64,000 nucleotides of DNA from Sporopachydermia quercuum. Taxonomy: Eukaryota. Made by a program: the position numbers and the translations under genes. The notes under the pieces were generated by a model. The model was not told the origin of the DNA, made no database searches, and saw only the letters and a list, made by a program, of their open reading frames with translations. Position 1 is the first letter of the stretch. Each line of letters opens with the position of its first letter. The stretch spans positions 1,240,001-1,304,000 of the forward strand of contig BCGN01000002.1 in NCBI GenBank assembly GCA_001599295.1. The letters run 5' to 3'. Positions 1-12,513 of the stretch are shown one piece after another.

Positions 1-1242
1 TATAGTACGGTTAAGCCATTTGAGAGTGATAGGAAGTATACGTTTGAGATCATCTCACCTATTAGCAGAAGAGTTTATCAAGCTGCTTCTAGGAAAGAAC
101 GTAACTCATGGATTCAAGTAATAAGTGATNCTATTAGTGCTGCTCTTGAACTGAGCTCTGGAAGTCGGTCAAGAAGTAGTACGTTGGAGGCAGCACCAGC
201 AGCTCAATTACCACCAACGCCTGCTGCTCATATTCAACAGATCTTTAGACCAATAAAAGGAAGAGCGAATATTGAACATGGAATTGATAATATAAGACGA
301 GTTGTATCAGGTAAAAGACCCAAGAGCGATAAATCGAGAACGCAGGCACATATTAGTGGATATAACAGCAATACTTTGACTCCTTTGAACGATCTTCACA
401 ACAAGTATTTTGAGATGGGAACAAAAGATAGTAACAATTCATATGCTTTGGTCAAAGTAGGAGATTCACAGAAATCCGCTGCATCATATCAACTGATAAA
501 TTCTGTAACTGACATTCATCCTTCTAATGCTGTATGTGCAGACTGTGGAAGTATGGAAAAAGTGGAGTGGGTTTCGATCAATTTGTTAGTTAACCTCTGC
601 ATTGATTGCAGCGGTGCTCATAGATCATTAGGGTCACATATTTCAAAAATGAGATCATTGACACTGGATAAAAAATCATTCACCAAAGAAATCATTGAAT
701 TACTTATGAAAATGAATAATGATGATGCTAATAAAATTTATGAAAGTCAATTTTATGGAGAGAATGGAGTAATAACTGAAACCTGTCGCAAATACAAAAT
801 TAATTCTAAGAGTCCACCTGGAAGCAGAATTGCTTTTGCTACAGATAAATACAGCAAGCGAATGTATATTTCGTCAAGTTTTACCAAAAACATCAAAGAA
901 TGCATAGATAACCAAGACTTATATGGAATTATGAATTGTCTGTTCCACAATCAATCTTTAACTGAGAAACTCACTTTTCATGAAATAAAATGCAATATTT
1001 TAGAGTACTCTTTAAGAATTGCTGTTGAAAATGCAGAAAAGAAAATGACTTCGACAAATACGGACAATAGAAGCATGGTGGATATAATTGAGCCAAATTT
1101 TTATGTTAGTGAGTTAATTGCTTTGAACAACTTTGACTTTTCAACTAATCTGTTCAACCCATCGTTACCAAATGTTGCTAAAGAATATTTATCAAGACGA
1201 CTGAAAAAGTCAGCATCTTCAGCTATTTATCTCCGTAACTAA
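1..1242 (+). CDS. AGE1: ArfGAP with PH domain (Age1/centaurin-beta type), 5'-truncated by the window
   Basis: Frame is open from base 1 (YTFEIISP..VYQAASRKERNSWI, end of a PH domain). ArfGAP zinc finger CADC..WVSINL..LCIDCSGAHRSLGSHISKMRSLTLD. Lies next to SPS1, as AGE1 does in S. cerevisiae. Confidence 0.8.
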   Translation, partial: YSTVKPFESDRKYTFEIISPISRRVYQAASRKERNSWIQVISDXISAALELSSGSRSRSSTLEAAPAAQLPPTPAAHIQQIFRPIKGRANIEHGIDNIRRVVSGKRPKSDKSRTQAHISGYNSNTLTPLNDLHNKYFEMGTKDSNNSYALVKVGDSQKSAASYQLINSVTDIHPSNAVCADCGSMEKVEWVSINLLVNLCIDCSGAHRSLGSHISKMRSLTLDKKSFTKEIIELLMKMNNDDANKIYESQFYGENGVITETCRKYKINSKSPPGSRIAFATDKYSKRMYISSSFTKNIKECIDNQDLYGIMNCLFHNQSLTEKLTFHEIKCNILEYSLRIAVENAEKKMTSTNTDNRSMVDIIEPNFYVSELIALNNFDFSTNLFNPSLPNVAKEYLSRRLKKSASSAIYLRN

Positions 1243-1899
1243 TGGATGTTTCAACAAGCTTCATTTATCCTATTTTATGCATTAGTTATCAATTGTAATT
1301 TTAGTAGATAGTTTATTTAATTTAATAATACCTGATTATAAGCAGTATTCTCTCTCAATTGCACACTTTCAAACATTCTTTAATAGCAGTTTCTGGTTTG
1401 CATTTCAGCATTTCCGTCTTTTTTTCAGATATTATTTCCGATATTTTCCTCGCGTCTCATCTTGTGCAGGGGCTCACAAGATTATTACTGTTATCAAATT
1501 TCCCAAACCAGGTTTTTTCTTTGTAATTCGTCCTATTTCTTCTTTTCTGCTTAGTCAACTTTGGATTTCTAGTAATCTGCATTTCTCTAGCTAAGCTAAT
1601 GGTAGAACGCCCAAGTTTAAAAAGAAACTTTGCTGAGATGTTATTATGAAGCCTCAATAGTCTAATAATAAAAGGAAGTAAAATTGGATTGCTTGTTCAT
1701 GTGCTCAATTGCTGTTTATCTGCTGTTTGCTTTGCTGTTGATCAGTTAGCCATTTACTGATACACAAGATACATTGTGTAATGATATTTGAGTAGACTGA
1801 ATAGCTATAGGAAGAATTTACTCTACCAACTGGCTTAATTATTTGTCTAATATATGAAACTTTAACTCTGGGAACCAGGTGAATTAATCGAGATCCAAA

Positions 1900-3870
1900 A
1901 TGTCATTAATCAATGGACAATATCAATACCCCATTGAACATTTTGTATTGGAAGATTGCATAGGATGTGGGAACTTTGGTGATGTATTTAAAGCGTAAAT
2001 GTGACATTTTTGATTATCTTTGATTTGAGACCAAATTCTGACTAAGTGAAATTTGAATAGAAGGACCAGAACTGATCACAAGGTGATTGCAGTGAAAGTG
2101 ATTGAATTTGAAGAAAGCGATGAGGATGTTGACGTCTTTCTTCAGGAAGTGAATTTCTTGTCTCAACTTAGACATCCCAATATCGTCGAGTATGACAGTG
2201 ACCTATTACTTTCTCTGATGATTCTCAAGATAATCTACAGTCGATCGAAAATGGCTAACAGGATGTTCGTTTCAGATACTACACAACTTATCTAAAGGGC
2301 CCTACTATGTATATTACTATGGAATACTGTGGAGCTGGCTCCTGTGCCGACTTAGTATTTACACCTTTCTATTTTGCCTTATGTATTGGAATGAGTGATT
2401 ATTCTAACCAGAGAAAAGCTGAAAATATTCAAGAAGCTTACAGAAGAACACGTAGCTTTTATTATTAGGGAAACACTGAAAGGTATAAATTATTTGCACT
2501 GTGAAAATAAGATCCATCGGGATGTTAAAGCAGCTAATATTTTCATCACTTGGAAAGGGAATATAAAATTAGGTGATTTTGGTGTGAGTGGACAAATTAG
2601 TGAAACAATTTGTAAGAAAAGAACTTTGGTTGGAACGCCATTTTGGATGGCCCCTGAGGTTGTGACAAAAAAGTCTGGTTATGATATGAAGATTGACATT
2701 TGGTCGTTGGGCATAACAGCAATTGAACTAATCACAGGGGCTCCTCCTCATTCTAATGTCAAACCAATGGAATACATATTCATGATTCCTTCTAGACCAC
2801 CACCTAATCTTGAGAACGAAAATGTCAGTGACTACATGAAGCTTTTTGTGAGAAGGTGCCTTATAAAGAATCCAGAAGAAAGGCCATCAGCAAGGCAGCT
2901 TCTAGAAAGTAAATTATTGAGGATTCCTAGATATACAAGTTTAGTACCTTTGCTTGTTCAGAAGAACAATTGGGCTCTTAAACATGGTATACCTAAGAAA
3001 CGAAGGAAACACGGGAAAGTCACCAATAAAGGAAACTGTGTTGATATTGATTGGAACTTCACCGAAAGAAAGTGTCTTCAAGATTATCGAGCGATGGAGA
3101 AATATACCAAATATGATATTCTTGATACAATTGAGATGAGAGACTTGAATGATAATGCCGAAACTCAAGAAGAAGAAGAAGAATATGAAATGTGTGTAGA
3201 AGAATCACACAGGTTTTGTAAGGAATTTGAAACTGAAGATGATGTCAAGGTGAATAAGAAGCTAGATACTGGAAGCCCTACTACAAAGATTACAGATTCT
3301 AGTACCGAGAATAACAGGAGTACCGAAACAGATCTGACTTCTCCAGATCTTAATACACCTTCTCACAAAGAAGAAACCAACGATNATTACGGATTGAATC
3401 AGAGGTTCAGTAAATTCTTTGTTGGTAATTCTGGTAACATTTCTGGACACAGATTACACCGGAAGTTCAATTATTTGAAAAACGGGATAAGAAGAAAATC
3501 TCTGGATCAAGATAAACTTACTAAAGATACTCAAGAATCGCAAGAAAAAGAAAACTTGCAGGTTTCGAAATTGTCTTTTGAACTACCAATGATCTATAAT
3601 TATGAGTCCAATGAATTACAATCTTTAAATTGTTTTGAGGATGTCACAAAATATTGTTTAAATAGAGTAAAGAAAAGAGCTTTAACAGAAGACGCAATCA
3701 AGGCTTCGGCAAGTCTAATTGACATGTTGACATGTATGGAACATGCCAATGAGGGCCTGAATCAAGTAATTATTGAGGAAATATGGTTGAGATTGTTAAA
3801 GCTCTACCAGAAACAAAACTCATTATTAGCAGAGGTGGGTAACTTACAAATAATACCAGAGGAGCAATAA
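1900..3870 (+). CDS. SPS1: Ste20/GCK-family sporulation kinase; exons 1900-1994, 2061-2189, 2276-2354, 2419-3870
   Basis: Splicing joins IGCGNFGDVFKA, VIAVKV, FLSQLRHPNIVEYY, MEYCGAGSCADLLK, HRDVKAAN, DFG and GTPFWMAPE in one frame. Sits between AGE1 and SPS2. Confidence 0.88.
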
Positions 3871-4226
3871 CAATCAAATCAAAGCAAAATATCAATTTAG
3901 CCTAAACGGTCTAGTTTATTGATTGTTCCAACTACTTTTATTTTTTATAGCCGCTACTTTAGTTGTCAATTGCCTGCTTCTTGTCAGTTAATATAAGTTA
4001 TTAGCTTTCNAAAGAAACTGCAGACGTACTAAAGTCAACCGGAAATACCATTACGCTACTATCATGAAAACTACTTATATTGTGCCTCTGGTACTCCCAT
4101 TCCTAATGCCGTATCAGCTGCACTTTCAAGGCCTTTATTTGGTTTCCAGTTGCACTTTCCTTATTAATTCCCACCTTTATCTTTGTTCTCAGTTGGTTGC
4201 TTTGCTTGCAGGGTTTGATGTTTGTG

Positions 4227-4262
4227 ATTTGTGGTTGGGTGATTCACTTTTAAACCACAAAA
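4227..4262. promoter_or_regulatory. Two candidate middle-sporulation elements (Ndt80 core CRCAAAW) upstream of SPS2
   Basis: CACAAAT on the minus strand at 4227-4233 and CACAAAA on the plus strand at 4256-4262, about 400 bp before the ATG of a sporulation gene. Confidence 0.45.
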
Positions 4263-4657
4263 CAATGTTTGGGTGCGCAATCAACCGCAGTATAATTTGT
4301 CACACACATATAAAGCTGTTTTCTTCTTTCCTTTTACTAGACACTTGAAGTATCTGGCTGATATGGTTCTATATTACTGTTTTAATGGGATTGATGTTAG
4401 AAAATAAGAAGAAATCTTATATGTTTAAATATAATTAGTTAAAAATTACGAATCTGCTTAATTACTGCTATTTAGGATTAAGAATAACTACTAATAATTC
4501 AATCAAAGCTAAGACTTTACGGAAAGGCTTTCTATCTATTCATTATATTCGCTTCATTTACAGTACTTGAGACAGAACTTACAACTTGATATCTATTAAA
4601 AATCGAAAGTTCGAGCACCTATTAGAATTACCTCCCAACTGCAAAACCAATATAAAA

Positions 4658-6016
4658 ATGTTTGTGACAACTGCTACAACTATCAAACAGTTCTCAAAAC
4701 TGCTGGTTTTATCCCTTCTTCCTGGTTTAGGCAGTAGCTTGAACACCACTTTTGGTTAGTAGAACCTTTGTTAGGAATTTTAGTGTTAAGATCATATAAC
4801 TAACAGACCTAATACTATAGAGCCAGCAAACTGTGAACTAGGAGACGTTCTTATCCAGAAAGCAGTTGATCTCTCCTATATTGAAGGATGTCATAATTTG
4901 AAGGGTAACTTACAAATCCATGAATACAGCGATGGCATTATTGATTTAGGCAGCCTGGTTTCTATTGAGGGAGACGTTGAAATTACTGGATCAACATCGT
5001 TACAAAATTTCCTTGCTAATGAGTTGAGATTAATCAAAGGCAAATTTTTGGCCAAAGAGCTATATTCTTTGAATTCAATTGTTCTCCCAAAACTTGAAGC
5101 AGTACACAGCATAGAGTTGAAAGTAGTTCCTGTACTATCTCATTTAGTGATAGAGCAAGATCTTAAAGACTGTTCCAAAGTGGTTATTTCTGACACTTCT
5201 TTAACTGAATTAAATCAATTCAACCAATACGAAATTGATGTTTTAAATGTCAACAATAATCGTTATTTGAAAGAATTTGGCTCATCAGTCGAACGAATAA
5301 TCGGAAGTTTAGAGATCTCAGGTAACGGAAAAGATTTAGAAGTCCAACTAACAGAATTAGCATCAGTGAAGAATGCAACAATAAAAGGTGTTCAATCATT
5401 AGATATGAGCCAAGTTAAATACGTTAATGCTTCGTTCTTTTTATTAAGTAACAAGTTTAACTCTCTGCAACTTCCTAATCTTAAAGCTATTGCTGGGAGT
5501 TTTGGAGTGAGTAATAATAAAAATATAGACGAATTAAGCTTGCCTAGTTTGGAAAATATCAATGGGGGATTGGTTATTGCCAACAATACAAAGCTGCTAA
5601 AAATGGACAACTTCGATGAATTAAGAGTAATTGGTGGAGGGGTTCAAGTAGAAGGAAGCTTTGATACATTTGACTTACCTCATTTAGAAAGAATCAAAGG
5701 AAGTGCAAAGTTGGTCACAGATTCTCATACATTCAATTGCGACAACTGGATTTTTGCTAAAGAAAATTCTATCATTGAAGGTGATTCATTTCAATGCAAG
5801 AATGGAACCACAGAGAAACTGATAAATGACAAGGACAAGGATAAAGATAAAGGGAACAATGATTTAAGACCATCCAAAGATAACCCTTCATCCAGATCCA
5901 AAACAAACGTGAAGAACAATGCTTCTAATCACAATTTATCACTTGATCACAATTATTATCTCAAATTATGTCTTTGTTCATGGCTTGCAATTCTTAGTAT
6001 ATCAATTATCTTTTAG
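4658..6016 (+). CDS. SPS2: Sps2/Sps22/Ecm33-family GPI-type spore or cell-wall protein; exons 4658-4754, 4821-6016
   Basis: Signal-peptide exon, then intron GTTAGT..AACTAAC..TAG (4755-4820). Receptor-L-type repeats (LPKLEAV, INGGLVIANNTKL, IGGGVQVEGSF) and a hydrophobic C-terminus. Adjacent to SPS1. Confidence 0.85.
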
Positions 6017-7037
6017 TGTTCTAGTTGACATTCGATCAAATTGAATAAATTGTTATCACACTTTTACATGAATTGTATGAAAGTTTTACGGAATCAATGA
6101 TTCCAGCGAGTGAGGCAATACGATGCATCAAAAAAATATATCAAGTATTCACCATTTGTCATAAGTTAAACCGATGCTAAACCATATGGTAGTTCTTAAC
6201 TAGAAGACTTCGTGAAATGAAATTACCAACCCATCATCCCATACGACAATAAGGTCAGCGAATGTAGAGAGCCACAGAGAATGACAAAAATGAATAGTAA
6301 AATAGTAGAATAGTAGAATTAACCCTTGACTTGTAAACAAGGATAAGAATAATTAAAACTTCAAGCAGAATGATTTATCCAGTCATTCATTCTATTCTAT
6401 TCTATCAATAATAATCCTTGCTCAATTCATATACAACATTATATCTCTAACATCGTAGAATAATGCTCTACTCAACTAGTTAGGTTTAAGTAGCTACTTT
6501 CATTTCTGAAACTTTTATTGCAGCTATCATACGCCTATTATGAGACAGCTTATCGTAACCTGAAAATAGAAACCCAATTATACGGTAGTATTTTATCTAT
6601 CTTTCAGAATAGTGATTACTGATTCTGAATCTGTTTGCAGACTATATAATGATTCAGAATAAAACGGTGTTGAATTATTTCTTGTTAGTGGAGCATAGAT
6701 TCTAATTGGATTTCTAGACGCTCTTACAGAGAAAAAGACCAAGAGCTATCTAGCGTGAACAAATTCACATATTGTGTTCTACTGTCTGTCTAAGAGGTAA
6801 CAATGATTAAGTTGATTATTGAACGGGTTATTTAACTATAGCGACTATTTAACTTATAGTTATACATTATCTTATGCTATACTAGGCGACAGCTTTATTT
6901 CAAAACCCCCCGAAGTAGGTCTCTGCTTTGAACCTAACCGAGCCTATGAAAATTGAGAAAAGCAATCTGCTCATCATCTTGGGTTGCTGAAACCTTTCTT
7001 TATCAACAGCAAATATATGAACTATAATATCTGAATC

Positions 7038-9839
7038 ATGGATTCAAAATATTCTCTGGACAATGCAGAGAAATCTTCGTCTTTCTCCAACAACCTACAC
7101 ATGATTTCAGAGGAAAGAACTCAAATTATGCCTTCAACATCAAGACTCAACTGTCGAGATAGTGACCCTCTCAGTTCGGAAACCGCATCCAGTACTATTC
7201 ATAAAGAAGGTACGACAGCCAGTACAGATAACTCAACATATAATAGAAATACAGACAAAACAAAGGAGAAAATTATGAAACCGAAATCTCATAAGACAAA
7301 ACGTCGTTCCATGTCTTGTGATAACTGTAAACGATTGAAAACAAGGTGTGATATAGATCCAAATTCAGCGAAATGTCATAGATGCGCTGTACTTAGACTT
7401 AATTGTTCTCATGAAAGGACATTTTCTGAAGAAATCTCTACTGGTTCCGCTAACTTGGCATCTCCCACCGGTAGCAATGATAAAACTATCAAAGATTTCC
7501 AAACTCAAACGTTTGAAAGGTTGAATGATCTCACTACTAGGATAACGAATGTTGAATCAACACTTAACACTATACAGCAACAATTAGGATTAATCTTAAA
7601 TCTAGTTCAACAAAACATGAATAATAGCTTGCTTGGAGAATCTAGAGAAAGTATGCCAGTTGACTCGAATGTTAGAGAAAAGTTCTATAAAGCAAGAAAG
7701 AGCTCTTCCAACTTAGTGGCCGATTCAACAACAGATTTGAAACGGAAGAGATCATCTATTTCACTACCTTCTATTACAGGAGCAANTAATAGCAACACTA
7801 ATATTATNNCTAGTACCCCCGCACCGAGTATTAACTTTGCGGATTTCTTGTTTATTGAATCAGGAAAATTTCTTGATTTACACACAGAGAAATCTCCTGT
7901 TATGGTGATACGGAAACTACAGAATAGTCTTTTTAGAACTCATGGGACTTATGACGCTCTTACTATGAGTTGCGACGGTTTCCTTCAATGGTTCGAGCGA
8001 AATGAAGAATTATCTTTAAGTCTTGTTAAATCGTTTCTAGAGATTTCGCATTTATGGATAATTCCGGGAGGTATTAAAGAAGTAGATAGAGAATATGTTC
8101 TTCAACATAGATTTATATCATGTGTGTTTGTTCTACTGGCAATGTGCTTCGATAAGAATTATAAGTACGTAGAAGAACAGAAAACGCTATATTGGATGAC
8201 CAGACAAATTCTTGGCTGTGCTGTTATTACTGCCCCTTTAACTAATCATGATATTGAAGCAATACTCTATCTAGCTATGTATGATTGTTCAAGAAAACCT
8301 TTACAGCAGTATATTGATAATTGGATCCTTAGTGCTATTGGCATAAAACATTTGATGATCTCATTCAATTTCATGGATATATATAATTCTGTTATACTCA
8401 ATAAATCATATGACGTTGATGATTTGTTCATTCTGAGAGTATGGAATTCAATGTGTGCCTGCCATTTATCATATTGTATGGGAATGGGACGTCCAGTGAT
8501 GATTTCTGATGACTATTTAGAAATATGCAAGCTGACAGCTGAATTTCCTAATGCAACAACTGGTGATTCCATTAAATTAGCAGAATTAGACTTTTATACT
8601 ACTTTTTTGAAGATTGTTGAATCAGATGACGAACATTTAAACCGATTATTGAAACAAAATTATTATAGAGCTGAGAGTTATAATCCTTCAAAGTTATTAT
8701 CATATACACAGTTGATTGAATGGCAAAACAAGTGGTCCCATATATTCACAGAGGATAGATCTAATGTTTTGATGTTTGCATATGATTTTGGTCATACAAT
8801 GCTCAGCAGAAGATTGATAAGAGTGATGGAAACAGTAAAAGAAAAAGAACCAGCATATAATGATTTAACTTCAAACTTAGGTAAGGTTTTTTTTAGGAAA
8901 CTACGGCAAGCTGTTGATACTGCTTGTTTTTATTCTTTTTCCCTTATTCAGAGACTTCTTAAAACATCTCCTTCTTTTATCAGAGGAGCACCTAATTTCC
9001 AGCTCTGTCAAATAACATATTCAGCTTTGACCTTATGGGAATATTTAGACTCTTTGAGCGAAAAGAATAAAGAGGCAAGTTTGAATATCATCGTCAGAAC
9101 ATATTGGCACTTGAATTATATTGGAGAAAAGAATAACGATGCTACTGATACTGTGGGACGAATTATCAAGAGTTTATTAGATAAATTGAATACTCAGAAT
9201 ACAACTGTGCCAGTTTCAAGCTTTTTTGATCAAGCATTTATATGGGATAAAGGTAATTCGTCCAATATGATGCAACCAACCTCTAAACTTACAAGTAGTA
9301 CAATGAGGACACGACTGAATAACATCAGTCCAATAACTGGTTTGCCATCATCATCATCAGGATTACCAGCTGTTGCAAACAATACACCCAATGAATCCTC
9401 ATATCAATACAAAGATACTCACACTGATAATCCAATAGAAAGGCCACAGCTCTCTACTAATCAGAGTCATCAGCTGTCACACAGGCATTCACCAAGCTCT
9501 AGCTTTTTACATCATTCAGAATCGTATCCAAGCCAAATATCACCTTCAATGAACGAACAACTCTCTACTGGAAGTGCCCATAGAAGCACTTCTAATAAGT
9601 TACTATACGAACCCCAAACGATAAGCCACTCAAATAGCACGAAGAGCGTCAACATGGACCCAAGAAGTTCAGCCTCTCCGTGGAATGATGTTAATATACC
9701 GCTAGTTCAGCCAGTTAATGAGATCGAACAATTTTCTGAAGATTTATCTTCTATCGACTTACCTGACCCTTCGCAGTTTGATACTTTTGAAGATTTCTTC
9801 GCTGGTATGTTTGCTATGAATGATAAGAAGGATGATTGA
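7038..9839 (+). CDS. URC2: Zn(II)2Cys6 transcription factor, Urc2-like
   Basis: Zinc cluster CDNCKRLKTRC..CHRCAVLRLNC, fungal TF middle region with WIIPGG, and an acidic FEDFF tail. Synteny with SPS2 and FPR2. Confidence 0.78.
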   Translation: MDSKYSLDNAEKSSSFSNNLHMISEERTQIMPSTSRLNCRDSDPLSSETASSTIHKEGTTASTDNSTYNRNTDKTKEKIMKPKSHKTKRRSMSCDNCKRLKTRCDIDPNSAKCHRCAVLRLNCSHERTFSEEISTGSANLASPTGSNDKTIKDFQTQTFERLNDLTTRITNVESTLNTIQQQLGLILNLVQQNMNNSLLGESRESMPVDSNVREKFYKARKSSSNLVADSTTDLKRKRSSISLPSITGAXNSNTNIXXSTPAPSINFADFLFIESGKFLDLHTEKSPVMVIRKLQNSLFRTHGTYDALTMSCDGFLQWFERNEELSLSLVKSFLEISHLWIIPGGIKEVDREYVLQHRFISCVFVLLAMCFDKNYKYVEEQKTLYWMTRQILGCAVITAPLTNHDIEAILYLAMYDCSRKPLQQYIDNWILSAIGIKHLMISFNFMDIYNSVILNKSYDVDDLFILRVWNSMCACHLSYCMGMGRPVMISDDYLEICKLTAEFPNATTGDSIKLAELDFYTTFLKIVESDDEHLNRLLKQNYYRAESYNPSKLLSYTQLIEWQNKWSHIFTEDRSNVLMFAYDFGHTMLSRRLIRVMETVKEKEPAYNDLTSNLGKVFFRKLRQAVDTACFYSFSLIQRLLKTSPSFIRGAPNFQLCQITYSALTLWEYLDSLSEKNKEASLNIIVRTYWHLNYIGEKNNDATDTVGRIIKSLLDKLNTQNTTVPVSSFFDQAFIWDKGNSSNMMQPTSKLTSSTMRTRLNNISPITGLPSSSSGLPAVANNTPNESSYQYKDTHTDNPIERPQLSTNQSHQLSHRHSPSSSFLHHSESYPSQISPSMNEQLSTGSAHRSTSNKLLYEPQTISHSNSTKSVNMDPRSSASPWNDVNIPLVQPVNEIEQFSEDLSSIDLPDPSQFDTFEDFFAGMFAMNDKKDD

Positions 9840-10075
9840 ATGATGAAGCAAACCGAGAATAATCATGAAATATGCATGAATATGATAATAGAATGTCATA
9901 GTAATAGCACAGATTATAAATGTGACCATACTGTATTTATATAATGAACAATAAACGTTTCCTAGTATGTTAATACTAGTCTAGATAAAAATTCACGTCC
10001 TAAGTCTTAGAAATCTTTTTCCTTAGCAGATTCATTTGATTTATTTGATTCATTTATCACTGTTACCTAACTCAT

Positions 10076-10930
10076 TTATTCATATAACCTTGATTTCAAA
10101 ATATAATCTTGAACTGATTGAGGTAATTCTGCCTTCCATTGAGCACCATTACCTTGCTTCACAGCTTTTCGAATACTTGATGAGCTTATATCGATACTTG
10201 TTCCGTCTCCTTCATAAAGTTGAATCCTGTTGGCCCACTCCTTTGGTATTCCATCAATTAATCCTTGTCTTATTCTTTCAACATACTTATATTGTTCTTC
10301 CAATGTATTTATCTCATCTCCTCGAGTAAGACATGATAATGAACAACTTTCCATAAATGATTCAAGTGCAACAGATATTGGGGATTCGTAGTACTTTTGA
10401 TTGAATATTCTAATCAGAGTGTCATATCCTACTAGGAAGTCTAACTGAGGAGATTCTACATAGCCATTACTATCATTACTATGTTTAGCTTGCTCAACTG
10501 ACCAAAAATGTAATATAGAATCAGCTTTATCAACAAACTTTGCATGATTAGTTAATCCAACTAGCACATCAACTGTTCCTGTGATTTGGTGTATATAGTC
10601 GGCCGTAAGACACATCATAGCCATTCTATGATCAAATGAAGCTGGCACCGGGTTAATCTTATCAGCATTTTTTACAGACAATAGTAATAACACAATCTGA
10701 GGCACTTTTGAATCATTTTTCAAAGCTTTTGTTACCAAAGAAACATGTCCATTGTGTGGAGGATTAAACGATGAATCCAGTACTTTTATGCTTTTATAGC
10801 GATTGATCGATTGAGTACTTGATTTACCACTAGTTTTCCAGTAGAAGAGATCAAACGATGATTTCTTGCAAAGAAACTCTGATAAGAATCTCTTGCATTC
10901 TGTTCTTGTCAAACAAGTCCTAGAGATCAT
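10076..10930 (-). CDS. POF1: Nicotinamide mononucleotide adenylyltransferase (cytidylyltransferase-like fold)
   Basis: VLDSSFNPPHNGH (HxGH motif), LLLSVKNADK, GYDTLIRIF, ISSSSIR. Confidence 0.88.
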   Translation of the reverse strand: MISRTCLTRTECKRFLSEFLCKKSSFDLFYWKTSGKSSTQSINRYKSIKVLDSSFNPPHNGHVSLVTKALKNDSKVPQIVLLLLSVKNADKINPVPASFDHRMAMMCLTADYIHQITGTVDVLVGLTNHAKFVDKADSILHFWSVEQAKHSNDSNGYVESPQLDFLVGYDTLIRIFNQKYYESPISVALESFMESCSLSCLTRGDEINTLEEQYKYVERIRQGLIDGIPKEWANRIQLYEGDGTSIDISSSSIRKAVKQGNGAQWKAELPQSVQDYILKSRLYE

Positions 10931-11382
10931 ATTTGCCGTTAGTTAGATGCCTTTTATGTAATATGCTTATAATAATCAGAGTCTTTTACCTGGGGTTAGC
11001 AGTAAATGAAAGATTGATAGCAGAAAGGTTGTCAATCGAGAAATCAGGGAGAGTACTGTTATCGTTGTAAATGATTACATGATCATTATTTAAATAAAAG
11101 TGAAGAATATTTCGGAAATTATGTCAAAGAGGATTCCACATCATTTCCTTAATTGATAAGGTGAAGATCGGATGAAGATAAGTCAATTCAAAACAAATGA
11201 TAAACCAGGAGAATAAATGAAGATGGATATTATAGAGATTCGTAGAAGAATATCAAGTAAAAACTTTATTGAAAATGCTTTTTTGTTCACGTTGGAAGAT
11301 AGTAGAGCATACGTGTGCTTTACAGATCATAGAAATCTGAATCAATGGTTAAAAACAGACCGAATCAATTGATATCAAATCA

Positions 11383-12288
11383 TTACAAATCAGCTTTACC
11401 GTATTCCTCAGCAGCAATATCTTCTGCATCTTTGACTTCTTCTTTCTCTTCAAACTTGGGTGGTGTATATCCTCGAATTGCTACCAATTCAGTGTCGAAA
11501 ACTATTACTCAATGTTAGTAAGAGTGTGCGGAATATGTCATCGAAAATGAAAAATGAACTTGAAAAATGAACTTGAAAAATGAGCTTAAGCATTATTTTG
11601 ATCATTAAAAGAAATTACTTACTTAAAGTAGCATCAGGTGGGATTACATTTCCAGCACCAGATTTGCCTATAATCAATAGCCGTTAGTATTGTTGACATG
11701 CAATTACCTGAATCTCAAACATATTTTGCACATGTTTGAGTTTATCTAATTCCGTCAATGTTGTTCAAATTATAATAATTCACGCAAACAAACAAATTTG
11801 AAAATCACATACCGTATCCAAGTTCAGGAGGAATCACAAGTTTTCTTTTCTCTCCAATGCACATTCTATTAAATGTTAGACGTTACTACCCAAGCGACCT
11901 ATCTATTATAATGAAACCAAACAAATATTTTAAACCTTACCCCATCAAACCTTGATCCCAGCCTTGAATTACTCTACCAGTTCCAAGAGCAAATTCGATT
12001 GGCGTTCCTCTTTCAACTGATGAGTCAAAAACTGATCCATCTTCAAGTCTACCAGTATAATGAACAGAGATGAAATCNTTTTTCTGACTCTTTCTCAAAC
12101 ATCTTGACTCTGGAATTTTCTTGGTGACGCCTGTTGATAATATTGTTAGTTTCTCACATTTACCAGTGCTAATGAAAACATCATCTTTGCATAATTAATC
12201 AATAGCTCTTACCAATCTGAAGCTTCTCAGATGCCAAACATAGGCCAACCAAGCAAAAGAGAACTGTAACTAAAGTTGAAATCCGCAT
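11383..12288 (-). CDS. FPR2: ER FKBP-type peptidyl-prolyl isomerase (FKBP13); exons 12288-12213, 12130-11941, 11865-11813, 11667-11623, 11501-11383
   Basis: Not in the ORF track. The spliced product is a signal peptide plus [67 protein letters not shown]. Four GT..CTAAC..YAG introns. Confidence 0.93.
11548..11587 (+). repeat. Short tandem repeat, about 3 copies of TGAAAAATGAACT, inside FPR2 intron 4
   Basis: tgaaaaatgaact tgaaaaatgaact tgaaaaatgagct. Confidence 0.7.
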
Positions 12289-12451
12289 TTTCGACCCTTA
12301 AGAGAAAAATAAGATCTATTTAATATAAATATTCTGTTAATTAACTTTCAGGAAGGATCTTAAGCTACCCAATTCAACAGAGTTTCGCTCTATCAGAATG
12401 ATGATTTAGTAAGAATAATCAAAAGAGGCTACTCCTAAAGGGCCTTTTCCG

Positions 12452-12513
12452 TACGTGGCCCAATTGATAGAGGAGGAGATCACGTCTCACCTCCAGGGGT
12501 TAAAATCACGTGA
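12452..12513. promoter_or_regulatory. ACGT-core cluster upstream of FPR2: candidate Hac1/UPRE site (GCCACGTA) and a Cbf1-type TCACGTGA
   Basis: TACGTGGC at 12452, TCACGTC at about 12480 and TCACGTGA at 12506, all 165-225 bp upstream of an ER foldase known to be a UPR target in S. cerevisiae. Confidence 0.45.

Noticed and set aside
4064..4348. 94-aa hydrophobic ORF between SPS1 and SPS2
   Set aside because: T-rich promoter sequence containing the MSE-like sites; no motif support.
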